NCBI RefSeq assembly: GCF_006345805.1
Contig: NC_042997.1
Span: 71,424,001 to 71,488,000 of the forward strand
Length of the DNA: 64,000 bases
Source of the DNA: Octopus sinensis
Taxonomy: Eukaryota
Direction of reading: 5' to 3'
Shown: one piece after another, positions 48,856 to 62,999 of the stretch
Position numbering within the stretch: the stretch's first letter is position 1
Layout of the letters: every line of letters begins with the position of its first letter
Program-made: the position numbers and the translations under genes
Notes under the pieces: generated by a model
Told to the model about the DNA's origin: nothing
Seen by the model: only the letters and a program-made list of their open reading frames with translations
Database searches by the model: none

Positions 48856-49146
48856 AACACACACACGCACACACACACGCACACACATACTCACACACAA
48901 ACACACACACACATCCTTTCTTTTCCTTGCTTTCTCATCTTCAATTTCCATTTGCTTCACAACACTACACGGTCGCTTTATCATTCCTAACTGTCTTTAT
49001 TTCTCCTTATATGCATATGCACCCATCCACCCATCTTATCTTCTATCTCTCTAGTGTGAGTGTGTGTGTGTCCGTGTGTGCATACATATGAAAATCTGTC
49101 TGCTCCATCTAGAAATTCTTTCTTTTATGACACGTACCATCAAAAG

Positions 49147-49248
<102 letters not shown>

Positions 49249-49739
49249 GATAAATAATTAAATACAAATATTTTTTGAATCGTTATACTTTCCAAGGATC
49301 AGCAGCATGTAACTTTGAGGGAACGATTCTGTCTGTCTATCGATCTATTTACCTATTTATGTTCGAATATGTATGTATGCATGTTCTCTCGTATTTTTTT
49401 AATTACTTCAATTCTCCTTGTATTCACAATTTGAGACCAGTTTTGTATATTTTTTCTATTCCGCTTCCAGTTTGCTTTTGCAATGTGCATGTTAGCTGGT
49501 TGAAAAATCTTTTTATTTACTTTTTTTTTTTCAGAAAACCAAATTTTGTCCAAATTGTCATCTAGACATTTACTAACCAAGTGCACCAATTACTATTGAT
49601 ATAAATGCGAATTTATAATCTTGGTATAGAAAGCGAAGGTTCCGAATCAGTTTTCCGTAATTATCCGTAATTATCAGTTTTCCATAATTATCCTTTAACT
49701 TTCGAAGAAGAGATATTCAAATGAGCAAGACAGCTGGTA

Positions 49740-50070
49740 CTCATATTTCCTTGTCTATCCCAAACAACTATATCTGACCTGTTTATATTTGGGTTTTTGC
49801 ATATTTTCCTACGTCTGGTGTAATATTCTGATACTCTATCTTTGCTCACCGCACCTTCGTATAATATATTTTAATCAATGCCCAGGTAGTTGTAGTATTC
49901 TTTGTGTGGAACAGAGGAGATAGAGAGACCGTTGATGCACATGTTGTGAGTCTGAAAGGTTGATTTTCTATGTTCAACAATCAAATACGAACACTTCTTT
50001 TGGCTAAATTCCGTTCCCAAGTAATCTGAAAATGTTATTAACTCTAGCTGGATTATGTTGGGTGGGTGGG
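49740..50070 (-). mobile_element. R4-type LINE fragment (RT motifs 6-7, internally deleted)
   Basis: FSDYLGTEFSQKKCSYL..INGLSISSVPHKEYYNYLGID, then RSDIVVWDRQ. Confidence 0.6.
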
Positions 50071-50206
50071 GAGGCATAGCAAACATGTTTAGCATAGACA
50101 TTAAGAGCAACTGCAAAAGATTTATGGATTACATCGGTACCTCTGCCTGTTGCAGACCCTAAGAGGTAGCCATTGGACTTTTGTAAAAGAAATAATTACG
50201 TATTTA

Positions 50207-50428
50207 CAGTAATCCCTCGCCATACTGCGGTTCAACAATCGCGGTTTATTATTTAAGCTTACGTCGATTCTTCCGTGATGTTGTTTTGCATTTATAATAA
50301 AACGAATATATACAAATTATAAAAATAATTTTAAAAAATACAGTACAGTGCTGTTTCTACTTCGCGGATTTTCACCTATCGCGGGGGGTTTTGGGAACGT
50401 AAAACCCGCGATAGTCATGGGATTACTG
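50207..50428. mobile_element. Tc1/mariner-pogo type MITE
   Basis: TA|CAGTAATCCC ... GGGATTACTG|TA: terminal inverted repeats with TA duplication. Confidence 0.85.
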
Positions 50429-51129
50429 TAATGACAAAATAAACAGAATTACAGAAAGAATATCTACTTGAAATTTTTCAAATATTTATAGCAGCGGTGA
50501 CGATTGTTCCACACTCGTTTATTGGTGTGAGGAATGTTTTCTGGGTCTTTGTGAGCCTCTCATTGGCAGAGAGTAAGATAACATACATGTATGTATGTAT
50601 GTATGTATGTATGTATGTATGTATGTATGTATGTATGTATGTATGTATGTATGTGTGTATGTATGTATGTATGTATGTATAGTCTCTTTCTCTTTTTAAT
50701 TTTAGAGTGAATTTTGACCGACCATCAACTCAGTAGCATGGTTGTGAAGAAAAGTATCATATTTTAATCATCATCCTTTAAATTTTACGAAGGTCTTGCA
50801 GATTTTTATAATCTCAGATACCAAGATCCCAAATTCAAGTATGTATTATGTATATACGTACGTACGTATGTACGTATGTATGCATGAATTATGTCATTAT
50901 TCAGTTTTATTTTAAGATTTCTTGCCAATAGAGAAAAAAAAGCTGGTTTCTAATCTAGATCCAAGGCTCCTTCATTGGAATTTCAACATCAACAACAGGG
51001 TATTTTTGCATGTATGTATGTACATGTGAAGATTTGTATTTTTTGTTTTATGTATGTATTCTCAAGCATATAGTTGCATATCTAGACATGCTCATATATA
51101 CTTAAATGATAAACTTCTGGAAAGTTTTA

Positions 51130-52520
51130 CAGATTTTTACAGTTCCAGTGATGGCTTGGATCTGTAGTCTTCCAGTCACCTCTTTCCTTTCTGGTTTTGA
51201 GAAGCCTAATTTCTCAAGATTGATATTTAAGCAGTGTATTACATATCCCAGGGCCCCAATAATTACCGGTATAAGCCTGAACTTCTAATCTCGGTAGAGT
51301 AACTGCAGATTTCTCAATAGTTCAGCGCATGTATTCTCTTTTTCACTGATCTTCAGCTTTATGTTAACATCCGCTAGGCATTTAATTTTCACAACTATAT
51401 ACAGTTTATCTTCTCTATGCCAAATCATTGTATTAGGTCTGTTGTGCTTATATTTTATTGAGGTCTTCATTGGAACATTCCACCAGTACTCTTTATCATG
51501 AGTGGCTATGGCTTCTACCATACTGTGAGCTCTTATTTCTTTTTCCTCGGGTTTATCTTTCCGACAGATCTCATTACCCAGTGTCCTAGTTACAACATCA
51601 TGTCTCATCGACAGATAATAACGTGATTACATTTTCGGAGAACTACTTATGTGTGTGATATTTTCGGCGTTAACTCCACAAAGTCTGCTTCGGTTGTCAC
51701 ATTTTGCTGCTTTTCCTGCATTCCTGTTGTTTTTGTGCATCATGTATTTGGTTGATATTTCCTGTTCCTAGATTGCAAGCGCATACCCACTCAAAGTGGG
51801 ATGTTGGAATCTGGTTGTTGGTCCATGATAGATTGCTTTGATGATCAATAATACTATCATCTCGGAGCTTTCTACCAATATATCTATGCATGGTCTTCTG
51901 CTGATATATACTCAACCTTTCATCTGATACTTGCGGTAGAATTGTGTGACTTTTTGGGGCATGTATTTAAGGTTATCAGACAAGGAATGCTGCTCAAGAA
52001 GTTGCTTCCCAAGTCTCATGACAATTGGTGGTTAAAAGATGTTGTCGAAGGGATGAGATACAACATTCAAAGGCAATCTGGATTGATGTTAAGCCTCTGC
52101 CGCCTTGCTTTCGTTTAAGTTAGAGGCGGTCTACGTCACTGTTGATGTGGAAATTATGTGTGCTTGTTAGTATATTCCGAGTTTTTCACATCAATGGCTT
52201 GGATCTCATCAAGTGTCCAGTCAAGGAGCCCAAATGTTGGTATGAGTACTGGCACTGCAAACACATTATGGGTCACTATTTTACTGAATGCTGGGATTCC
52301 TAGGTCCAAATTTTCTTTATTTGACTGTAATATTCTCTAGTGGCACGTGTTTTGTTGCAGGTGTCATTGTAAGATATGCTTTCATCAATCTCTAGATATT
52401 TGTAACATTCCCCATCAGATATAGGGGAAACAGTTAAGTCATTGTTAAAGATGTTGCTCCTCAGGTTTACAGCTTTCCCTTTTCACAACCATGTAGCAAT
52501 ATTTATCCTGACCAAACTAT
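51130..52520 (-). mobile_element. R4/Dong-type LINE 3' part (RT end, Zn finger, REL endonuclease)
   Basis: ECYKYLEIDE; RHDVV..EYWWNVPMKT..HNRPNTMIW..IVVKIKCLADVN..KISEKENT. Many stops. Confidence 0.8.
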
Positions 52521-53094
52521 GTATGTATGTATGTATGTATGTATGTATGTATGTATGTATGTATGTATGTATGTATGTATGTATGTATGTATGTATGCAT
52601 GTATGTAAACACATTCGTCTTATACTTTTAATAGCCAATTTGTTCACCGTTTACCAGGGGAGACGTACTTCGACATCTCCCCACTGAGTGTCGAATATTG
52701 TGAAGTATTAAGAAGATAACTCATTTCTGAAGCAGCGTTACGTTTTCTGTAGTTCTGCAAAAAGTGTATGTATTCCTCTATAGTGGCAGTAAGAAACTGT
52801 TTTAGTGGGGCTCTGGCGTGTGATTTAAGGCTTATTTAGCTATTGTTTTTAGCATATTTCACGACCACAATTTAATAAACCAAAAATGATCGCATGAGTA
52901 AGCAACTTGTGACAGCTCAGCTTGTTACTACGGAAACAGGTGATCGTCTGTGGCGATGGATTGGCTAAAATTACCCCAAATTTGCAAGCTTTAAAAGCTA
53001 TTGACTCTATTTATTGATTTATGGCGAAAATGAATTTCATGTCAAAGATTAATATACAAAACCATATCATTACACCAAATATTGAAGAAATTGA

Positions 53095-53402
53095 GGCGGC
53101 AGCAAAACGGAAAAGATCCGTCTCATGTTTCCATTTTTTGGTCAAGTGCTTGTCACAAATTGTGAGCAAGGTACCAATTAAAACTATTCTTCAGAAACAA
53201 AGCTATGTCAAATATTGGCTGGGATCTAGCCTCTCTTTGTCTTGCTCGTTCAGCTTTCTGCCTGGCCTGTCGCTTTAGTGAGGTTTCATAGTGACTGTGT
53301 GCAGCTTGTCTGGCAGCATTCTGTTGAGGGTGAGCCTGTTGTTCTTCAGGCGTCTCTGGTTGTCTATGGACAGCCTGTCTGGTAGCATTCTGTTTTCTCA
53401 GG
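53095..53402 (-). mobile_element. Probable Helitron RepHel N-terminal remnant (STPR-like repeats plus decayed Zn finger)
   Basis: QNATRQAVHRQPETPEEQQAHPQQNAARQAAHSHYETSLKRQARQKAERARQ, then IGTLLTICDK...KKWKHET; preceded by acceptor-like tttactag. Confidence 0.5.
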
Positions 53403-53809
53403 TTTTCTTCCAGCTACATTCCTAGTAAATTAAGAGCAGCAAATGTTGGGAGAGGTGAGGGGAAGAAATTATGAGAGTAAACTCATAAGAGTAGGAAAGA
53501 GGAAATAAAAGAGAAATTGATAACGTCCAGCCAAGGGAGTACAGTTGTTCCCTTCCCTTTTCCTCCTTTTTTTTTGTTTACTTTTTATCTGCCCGCCTTT
53601 TTTCCTGTTTTACTACTGTTTGTGTTTTTTTACTTGGGATGCTGGTAAATTTGTATGAGGAGCTGTGAGTGATGAGAGAAAGAGGGAGGGATGAGAGTGC
53701 GAGTGTATAGAGAGAGGAATACATAGCGATAGAAGGAAAACGGTCGTATCAATTGATAGTCAATGAGATAAACGAAGAGAAGATAAAAAAGAAAAGCAGG
53801 TATCGATAA

Positions 53810-53847
<38 letters not shown>

Positions 53848-53975
53848 AAGAGAACTAGGAATGGGGGAAGTAGATCATAGAGAGTCTGAAATGAGACAGC
53901 ATATGGTGGTGGGGAAACAAACGATTGTTACGTAAAAATGAAACGGTGGGAGGAAAATTGGACACAGCAGCTCTT

Positions 53976-54095
<120 letters not shown>

Positions 54096-55059
54096 AAATA
54101 GACATATATATGTATGTTTGTATCAATGTGTGAGTCCGAGATACAGACAAATATTTCGCAACAGCAACAAGAATATTATCTTTGTGTATTAAATATAGAA
54201 GAAACCTCTAACGAATGGAGAATTTCTATTTCTGATTATTATACATAGAAATGTGAAGTGTTTAATGAAAAAGGAAAATAAACTTACTGATACATATATG
54301 AAAATACTATACATATTCTATATATTTAGCATTCCTAGACGAAGTGCTGCTTTCTGGCAAAGAAATAACGTAGTATATACGTAAGTATCTTCAGTTTTCA
54401 TCAGCAATTCTAACAATGCAGCAAATGTTGTGTGTCGATCAGTCATCATGCACACTGGCTCTGACTAATCTCTTCAGTATTCATCGAAACTAACCGTCCC
54501 TTTCAAATCACTCTACCTGTACTGCATTATACATAAAACCATAAATCATCTACAAAAGGCACAACTTTCAGAATTGGCGACTAAAGAAAAATATGCATAA
54601 CATTTTATTAATAGAGATAAGTATTTCACAGACGTAATGAGAATATTATGTAAGTGTATAAACTTCAGTTGAAAACCATAAGAAACGGAGGGTTCTATTT
54701 CTGAATATCATACATAGTAATATAAATATATAGAATTCTACTCATAGAAAAACAATCTGATTACATACATGAAAATAATTTATGTCACCCACTGACGAAA
54801 CGAGTGGCAAAACGATTTTCTCTTATGCAAAAGAGATACATGATCAATGAGCCGACAGATTACAAAATAGACAGATGTATTCCTGAATAAAGTATTTCCT
54901 TTCTGGCAAAAAGACAAAGACAGTGCAGCATATAATTTGGAGTGAGAGACCATCAACTGCGACAAGCGCGGGAAGACGAATCACAATCAATGAGTCTGCT
55001 ACACTGCTAAACTGTAATTATAATGCTTTACATAAGATGGTGGAAGACTTTGACATCTG

Positions 55060-55490
55060 AAAGTGTGAGTAAAGAGGGTACCTCGGCTGTTGACACTCCA
55101 TTTAAAAGAGAGAAGGGTAGAAGTCTGCTCAGAACTGCTAAAAGAGTTTGAAAACTCTGAAGATATGAGGGGATTTTTCCGATCTGTTGATAGGGGATAA
55201 AATGTGGGCATATTTTTGTGTTCTAGAATCGAAGGATCAGACTATGAAATAGTAGCAAACACTTTCTCCAAATCCTAAGAAGTTCAAAAACTAGCAAACG
55301 TCACAAAAAGTCATGAAGTCTACTTTGGTGGGTGAGAAGGGCATTATTCGCCATTTTATGGAACGTGACTGTACCGTGATCAGTACTGTGAGATTCAAAA
55401 TGCTAAGAGAATTCATAAAGAGGAGATCGAACAAAAATCTGAAAATGCTCCACATTCCCCATAACAATACGCGACCTCACTTATATTTGG
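55060..55490 (+). pseudogene. Mariner-type transposase remnant
   Basis: KRVPRLLTLHLKERRVEVCSELL (WVPREL region), LIGDKMW (TGDEKW-like), SPNPKKFK..KVMKST..EKGII, HNNTRPH (HDNARPH-like). Confidence 0.75.
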
Positions 55491-56444
55491 CAATGAACAT
55501 CCGATGAGGTAGACGTGTCATACGTCCAGGAAACTTTAAGGAGGGGCTTAGTCATGAAAATCATGAAAACTACAAGAAGACTACACGTGCGTGCGCACGC
55601 TCGCACACACAGACACACATATTCAAATACACACACACACACACACATACTCATAGACACACGCACACACACATATACACACATACACATAGACATAGGC
55701 GTGTATGTACCCCGTTGCTATACTTTTAACGACAATCATTCAAAACAAATTCTTTATTTCACCTCTTCGTACATTCATTCCTTCCTTCATTGACTCGTTC
55801 CTTCGACCACCCCATTTATCTACGCTATCTCATTCCATTCTTTTATTCGGTCGAGAAGTCGGCCTGTCGGTCGGTCGGTCGGTCGGATGGTTGGTCGGGT
55901 TGTTGGGCTGTTAAGACCATTTTTGGTCGGTTGATTTCACAAGTTATACGAACTACCTACCACACCTTCCTTCACAGTCATTTCACATATTAGGAACGCT
56001 TATCTCACACAACTTTGGAGAACTTTGTGGTGCTTATAATTGTGTTACTCATCTCTACCTGTTTTTTTCTTTTTTTTTTTTTTCTTCCACTTGATTCTCT
56101 AAATGAGCTGGAACGTTTCAGTTTCTAATGATATTCTATTTTTGTTATTATTGGTTTGTTTTCTTTTTTTTTTCTTTTATGATCTTATTTTATCAGAAGG
56201 AAAGAACTAAAGTTGTTACAATCATCGATCCCTATATTAAACACTTTATTATAACTCGGTGTTTTAATTGTTAAGAAACATAGACGAACAAATCGATCCT
56301 TGAGTATAACTAGTATTTATTTTGAAGCTCTATCGATGAAACGAATTTTGTCATCGCCGTCGAAATCAAAACTGAAAACGTATAAACAACGAGAGTGAGT
56401 ATTTCGTAATATTTATCGAGGTTAATGTGGCGTATTGGTAGAAT

Positions 56445-56640
56445 CATTACTACGCCGAGTAAAATGTTTAGCGGAATTTCCTGTCTTCGTGTTCTGAGTT
56501 CAAATGTTGCCTAAGTCAATTTTGCTTTTCATCATTTCGAAGTCGATAAAATAAGTACCAGTTGAGTACTGAAATCGATGTAAACGACTTACCCTCACCC
56601 TCGAAATTGCTGGCTTTGTGCCAAAATTTGAAACCAATAT
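56445..56640 (+). mobile_element. tRNA-derived SINE (family B) with ctttgtgcc-type tail
   Basis: gttctgagttcaaatgttgcc..gataaaataagtaccagtt..ggctttgtgccaaaatttgaaac. Confidence 0.7.
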
Positions 56641-56935
56641 ATATCTAGGTCCAGTTTCGTTGGCAAAGTACTAGAAAACCAATGTTGCGGGTACACAATT
56701 GGTGACGTTGCACATTCTTCATTACCAAAGCACATCGCTCTTTACAATTTATCCTAATCAACAGTATGTAGATGTTACGCGTATATTTCACTGCTGCAAT
56801 CAACACTGGCACTGTTGAGTCGATAACCCGCATGTGTGTGCGTAATTATGTTTTGGGAACGCATATAAACCAAATATATTTGGAAAAGCATATATATACT
56901 TACAAATGTTTTTACTTTACATATGTGTGTATGCA

Positions 56936-56986
<51 letters not shown>

Positions 56987-57054
56987 TTTCCCAAATATTC
57001 CGCCCAGCGTGCAGACAATTCTGTTAGTTCGACGCCTTTATAATAAGTGACAAT

Positions 57055-57492
57055 AAAAATTATAATTTCAAATTTTGCCAAAAGCGCACCCATTTGGGGG
57101 GAGGAGATAGTCGATTATATCGACCCAATGTTCAATTTGTACTTATTTTATCGATCTCGAAAGGATGAAAGGCACAGTTAACCCCGATGGAATTTGAACT
57201 CAGAACGTAAGGACGGTCGAAATGCTGCTAAACATTTTGTCCGGCACAGTAACGATTCTGCCAACTCACCGCCTAAATAATAATAATAATCCTTTCTACT
57301 AAAAGCACAAGGCCTGAAATGTTTGGGGAGTAAACATCGACATCAGTGTTTCACTGGTACTTAATTTATGGACCCCCGAAGGGGTGATGGGCAAAATCGA
57401 CATCGGCGGGATTTGAACTCAGAACGTAGCGACAGACGAAGAACCACTAAGCGTTCCACCCGACGTGCTAACGATTCTGCCACCTTGCTGCC

Positions 57493-57495
<3 letters not shown>
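57055..57495 (-). mobile_element. Two tandem tRNA-derived SINE (family B) copies
   Basis: tttgaactcagaacgta..ctaacgattctgcca occurs twice (57190-57265 and 57412-57485), separated by (TAA)n. Confidence 0.8.
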
Positions 57496-57532
<37 letters not shown>

Positions 57533-57576
57533 TGATGATGATGATGATGATTATAATAATAATAATAATAATAATA

Positions 57577-57655
<79 letters not shown>

Positions 57656-57659
57656 AAGA

Positions 57660-58800
57660 ATTTGATTGCCACAATGAATATCTGGGCAGTTGCGGTGCTC
57701 AGATATAGTGCGTTCATTCTCAAATGGACTAAAGAGAGAATATCAACACTGGATAGAAGGACGAGAAAGTTGATGACGCTGCATGGAGCGCTACACCCTA
57801 AAGCAAACGTGAGCAAGCTGTATATGAAAAGAAAGAATGGTGGCAGAGGACAAATTAGTATAGACCATTGTATAAGGAGTGAAAGGAGAACGCTTGCGGA
57901 GTATTTGATAAGTAGTGATGAAGACGTGCTGCAATATGCCGCGAAAGATATGGATGTAAATGCAGATGAAATGATGAGCTGAAGAGAAGAGAAAGGAAGA
58001 CCTTCTTGAAATGAGAATGCACGGACAGTTTGAAAGGAAAATACAGCATCGTGGGTATGGCTTGAGAGAGGTGATTTGAAGCGTGCCACCGAAAGCCTGA
58101 TCTTTGCTGCACAAGACTAGGCTCTCGCTACCAATTCAGTGAAGTATAACATCTATAAACCTTCTGACACCCAGAAATGCAGACTCCGTGGAAAGAGTGT
58201 AGAAAATGCCACCCACATGGTAAGTGGATGTAAGAGCCTTGCACAAAAATAAATACAAGCGCCGCCACGATAAAGTGTGTTTGTATCTTCATTGGCTCTT
58301 ATGACGTAAATACCAACATGAGTAACTGAGAACTGGTATGAGCATGTACTAAGTAAAGATATCCAGGAAGGTGGAAAAGTAACGATACTCTGGGACTATG
58401 ATTTTCAAACGGATCGTGTTATCGAACACCGTCGGCTGGATATTGTTATATTGAATGAGAGATATACTTTCAGATCATTGTAGCTATACCAAATGACATG
58501 AATGTTGTGAGTAAAGATGTTGAAAAAAATCACCAAGTACTCCGAATAGAAAAGTAGAAATGGCAAGACAGTATGGAATGCGAGAAGGTAATGTAAAAGT
58601 GATACCAGTGGTGATCGGAGCGTTGGGCTCAATGCCATTGAAACTTCAAGATTTCTTAAAGCAACTGGAAATCCCATGCAAGATTGATGTCTTGCAAAAA
58701 GCAACCTTATTGGGTACAGCGCACACTTAAGGAAAGCATTATCTGTCTGAGGTCCTTGTGGGTGACTTGACACTTTTGCCAACACTGTGTTACGAAGAAA
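57660..58800 (+). mobile_element. 5'-truncated R4/Dong-type LINE between (TAA)n tracts
   Basis: AVAVLRYS..LDRRTRKLMTLHGALHPKANVSKLYMKRKNGGRG; WLERGDLKRATESLIFAAQD; KRRHDKV; ILWDYDFQTDRVIEHRRLDIV. (TAA)n at 57494-57627 and 58801-58890. Confidence 0.88.
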
Positions 58801-58814
58801 TAATAATAATGATG

Positions 58815-58890
<76 letters not shown>

Positions 58891-58891
<1 letters not shown>

Positions 58892-61800
58892 TTCTATATT
58901 GACCACCAGGGCCAAACACAAAACATAGAGGACGATACACAGGCGAGGGGCAGTGAAGCTAAACTTGTAAAACAGCAAACAAAAACGATTTACAAAGATA
59001 TTAAATCAACAATATTCTTCCCCAATAGCGAGAGTTCCACCGTAAGGTGACCAAAGAGACCTCACGCAATTTGGACCCCTAACACCAAGGGCTCCCCAAG
59101 AAGGTATCCTTGCCTCTCCCTTCCATCCGACCTACAGGCGCACACTTAGAGTAGGCCTATTCACGCGTGACATTCTAGCAACATTCACCCATCTTTCAAC
59201 GAAATTACTAGGTGACAGTACCTCCCTCTCTAGCATCACTCTCCTTTTCAGGTGGAACTTGAAAAAGTCAATGAGGCCTTGGCCAAAAAGGAAGGTTCTC
59301 GTCTTCAACTCTTTCAATCGCGTTCACCACACAACCTCTCTTGCCATAGGCACCAGACAAAGAAAAATTACCCTCTCTTCCCGACTAAAGGAAGGAAGTG
59401 GGGCGATCTTCAGAATGGACTAGGACGATAGCCAGATCCGTCCTACACGTGACAATAACTGTTCGACGAAGCTCCACAAGTCAGCAATGTGCGGACACTT
59501 TACGAGAACATGCAGAATGGTTTCATCGCTCCGCATGCGTCTCGGACAAGCCCGACTGACTGCACACCCGTGCCTGTAGAACTTATTTCAAACTGGCAGC
59601 GCCCCCCGGAGATTTCTGAAAATTATCCTTAGTTCCCGGCCCGAAAGTCCTCCGAAAATGACCAGCCAGTTGATGCCAGCCGACGCCCAGGACCTCTCCG
59701 TGTACATCGTCGATCTTGCCCTACACTAATACTCTACAGAACTCCATGGTGGAACTTCCACCGAACGCATTACCCGACTGGCCGAGGGCCGTGAGCGCTT
59801 GGGGACACTCTAGATGCCAAGCAACCTGCCTCGGTCTACCTCTGATCCAGGACTGTCGCTCCGTGAAGGAGACATGCTGCGGAAAAGCGCGTTCAACAAA
59901 TGGTGACCAAACCTGCTCACCGTTAAGGTATCGCTGGAGATGTTGCATCTTCAGTGCATGTCTGCACATCCTCAACCACGGCATGCCCACGAAGCAGGTA
60001 AAGGGACCACACTCAGGCGGTAGTATATGACCGATGTGATGAACGCATTCGCTCCCTCCGCCCGACTTTTCAAGGACAGCTTCCTCTCAGCCCATTTCTG
60101 GGTTAGACTGGCCACTCTGTCTGTCACCACGACACAATTCTTGTCCACTTGGAGGTCCAGACCGAACCAGATACCGTACAACTTAACAGGTCCTTCCGTC
60201 CAGCGCCACACCACGCTGTCGGTTGGCATGGGCCTGCCTTTCCAGGCGCCGAGCTGCAGGCCCACTGACTTCTACTGGTTGATCATTGCCCCAGTCACCG
60301 CTTCGTATTCCCTTAGGGTAGTGCCGACCATCTCAATTTCTGAGATGTCCAACACTATCACGATGACGTCATCCGTGACACGAACCTTCTGCATCCCAGT
60401 TCACGTGGGATACCCCTCGAAACCTCCAGCTTCCTCAGTAATGGCTCGATTGCCAGTACGTAGATAAGGGATGAGAGTGGGCATCCTTGACGAACCGAAC
60501 GTGCGATACTATCTGATTCTGAGAGGTGGCCATTTACTTTGACCACTGAACAGTAGTCGCTGTACCCTGCAGCGACTCAGCCTCTGAAAACGGGACCGAA
60601 ATCAGCCGCCTTAATGACAAGCCAGTTTCTTCAACAATCCTCTCTATGATGTATCGCGTGAAGTGGAGGTTGTCGTGTATAGTTTTTGGTAACACCTTGG
60701 CTAAAATTTTGTAATCTGTATTTAATAGAGTTACCGTCCAAAAGTTATCAACAATGTCCTCCTTGTTCCGATCCTTTCTCAGCAGCTTCACCACACCCCG
60801 ACTCACAGATCCGAATATTCTCCCATTCTGCTGCTAGTAGCGGTAGACATCTCCCAAAAGCTCACCAAACAAGTCTGGCATATGTATATAAAGCTCAAAC
60901 GGCAGACATCCAATCCTGGAGACCTGAAGATATACGCGTCACGTATATCTTTAGCTGTTATCGGCATTTCGCAGAACTCCACATCCCTGGACGAAAGCCC
61001 CGGCATACCATCCATGGAGCCTATCTAGGTCAACCGTACAGATCACAAATTTGTGGTCTGTGTAGTTAACGAATTCAAATTGTTGACAATCTAAGCTATT
61101 CGTATCTACTGACCTACAAAATATCCTATCTAGAATAGGTCTGGATCACCCGACAATGTTTTCCCATGACCACACTGGAGTGCTCGAGATATACAGTCTG
61201 AACATGTCCGCCAGATGAAAGCGACTGAGTAGGTTTGCGAGGCTTGCGCACCACGCTTTCCTATCCGCTAGCTCTACCCAATCCACGCGTGCATCCAAAA
61301 TGACGTTCAAATTGCCACGAACACTAAAGAGCGAGATGTCCCTAGAAAAGTCTCCAGGCATCTGAAGAACTCCAGCTGTTCCGCTCTAGTCAGTGCGTAC
61401 ACTGCGACCATTCTAAAAGCACTGCTTTCGTTATCGTTCACCTCCAGCATCACTGACTTACTTTCCGAAGAGTCTTGTACGGTATTCTTTGTTCTGGTCC
61501 TCTTATTGTTGTTGTTGTTGCTCCTGCTTCTGGTGCTACTCCCACTTCCACCTTTACTGTAACACCTGCCTGTTTTGCCTCCTTGGGTTCAATTTCTGTT
61601 TCTATTCCCTTGCCTTTCTGTTGTTACTGTTGTTGTTCTTGTTCTTGTTATTTTTGTCGACTCGTGGGTTGTGGTGCTTTCATTTAGACATTTCTTTCTG
61701 CCCTTCTGTTCTGGTTCTGTGGGCAGAAAACCGTAGGTGGCCAGTTGAAACACAATCGTGGCACTTCGGCCTCCTGCCCTCCACATTTACCTTTAGTTCT

Positions 61801-62790
61801 ACTCCACTCGAGAGGGAAATCAGGCCTGGGACTTCCTCTAACTGCTCTGGTTTCACATGGAAAAGAACCTCCAAGGTAGTCCCAACCCAGTTCTTCCTCC
61901 TCGATCTTTTAACATTCAGAAGATTCTCTCCCCCGTCCATACAAATACAGGCAAGAATCCGCCATAATTCCAAGCTTGGCAGGACACCTGACACCGTAAT
62001 TCGTACCGCACTTCTTCACATGTATATTGGGAAGAGGACAATTTCCTCTGTGCGACGTGTGGCCGCCGAGCTCTGTATCGCCTGACCCTCGGTCTTAAAA
62101 AGGACCTTTACTCCGCCGTACTGCCTTGCTCTTGCAATGTGGTGGATATTTTGCCATATATCTTTCAAGGCTTTTTCCGCCTGGTCGCGTTCAACATTTC
62201 CGAGTTTCCGTGTCTTTGTGTTCACGCACCTATTGACAACTGTCTGTTTGGCTGTTGCTATAAGCACGTTAATTCTGCCCTCTTTCCCTTCATTTTCATT
62301 TATTTTGTTACCTTGTTTAGTTTTTATATTTTGTTCTTCAATGAGATGTTAACCAACTCCTTAGCTGCCGTGATATTTGCAAAACTCTCTTTCCCGCCGT
62401 TAACTCCAGTTTTGTAAGTCTCTTCGCAGCAGTTGCTTTCAATGTTGTTCTTCGTGCTACTACAATTTCCATGTAGTGAGGAAGACTTTACTCCTTCCTT
62501 CCTCTCGCCTTCTTTCTGCTTTTCATCATCTTTCTTCTTCTTCTTCTTCTTCTTCTTCTTCTTCTTCTTCTTCTTCTCTTCTTCTTCTTCTTCTTCTTCT
62601 TCTTCTTCTTCTTCTTCTTCTTCTTCTTCTTCTTCTTCTTCTTCTTCTTTCTTTTCTTCCTGCAGCCTTCTGCTAATTATGGTGGGGAAGACAGGGAAGT
62701 CCTCCTGCAAATTGCTGTACCACTTTCCTCCCTCACTCCCGCTTTTTGTCGCCATGTTTAATGTTTACTTTCTTCGAAGCAAATTTTCGA
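58891..62790 (-). mobile_element. Near full-length decayed Tx1/L1-clade LINE (ORF1 with Zn knuckle, ORF2 EN-RT)
   Basis: ORF1 ATG 62755 with a (GAA)n expansion and VEGRRPKCHDCVSTGH; EN GNLNVILD; RT TLLNTDYKILAKVL, SVRQGCPLSSLIYVLAIEPL, VKLYGIWFG; C-terminal FFKFHLKRRVMLER; 3' hairpin and aatatagaaa followed by (ATT)n. Confidence 0.9.
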
Positions 62791-62999
62791 AGAAATTTGA
62801 AAACAGAAAGGTATGTATCACCCCTAAAATGGGGCATTGGTTAAGCAACGTCAGCGTCCCCCCCCCCCAACCTCCGAAGCGCACCCGGATTGCTAAACGA
62901 TTTAAACAACAAAATACAGTTTAGAACGTTTTAAACAAGTGAATTTGTCATAATCTTACAGCCCTCCAAAAACACACCTCCAGCTATGGCGACAAGAAG

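Noticed and set aside
54785-54812. ccaCTGACGAAACgagtgg as a hammerhead
   Set aside because: No stem II between CUGACGA and GAAA; chance or heavily deleted.
58786-62798. ATTTCTTCG on both sides of the Tx1 element as a TSD
   Set aside because: The 3' match (58792-58800) is the end of the Dong-like LINE that appears to have inserted into the (TAA)n tract, so the match is probably coincidental.
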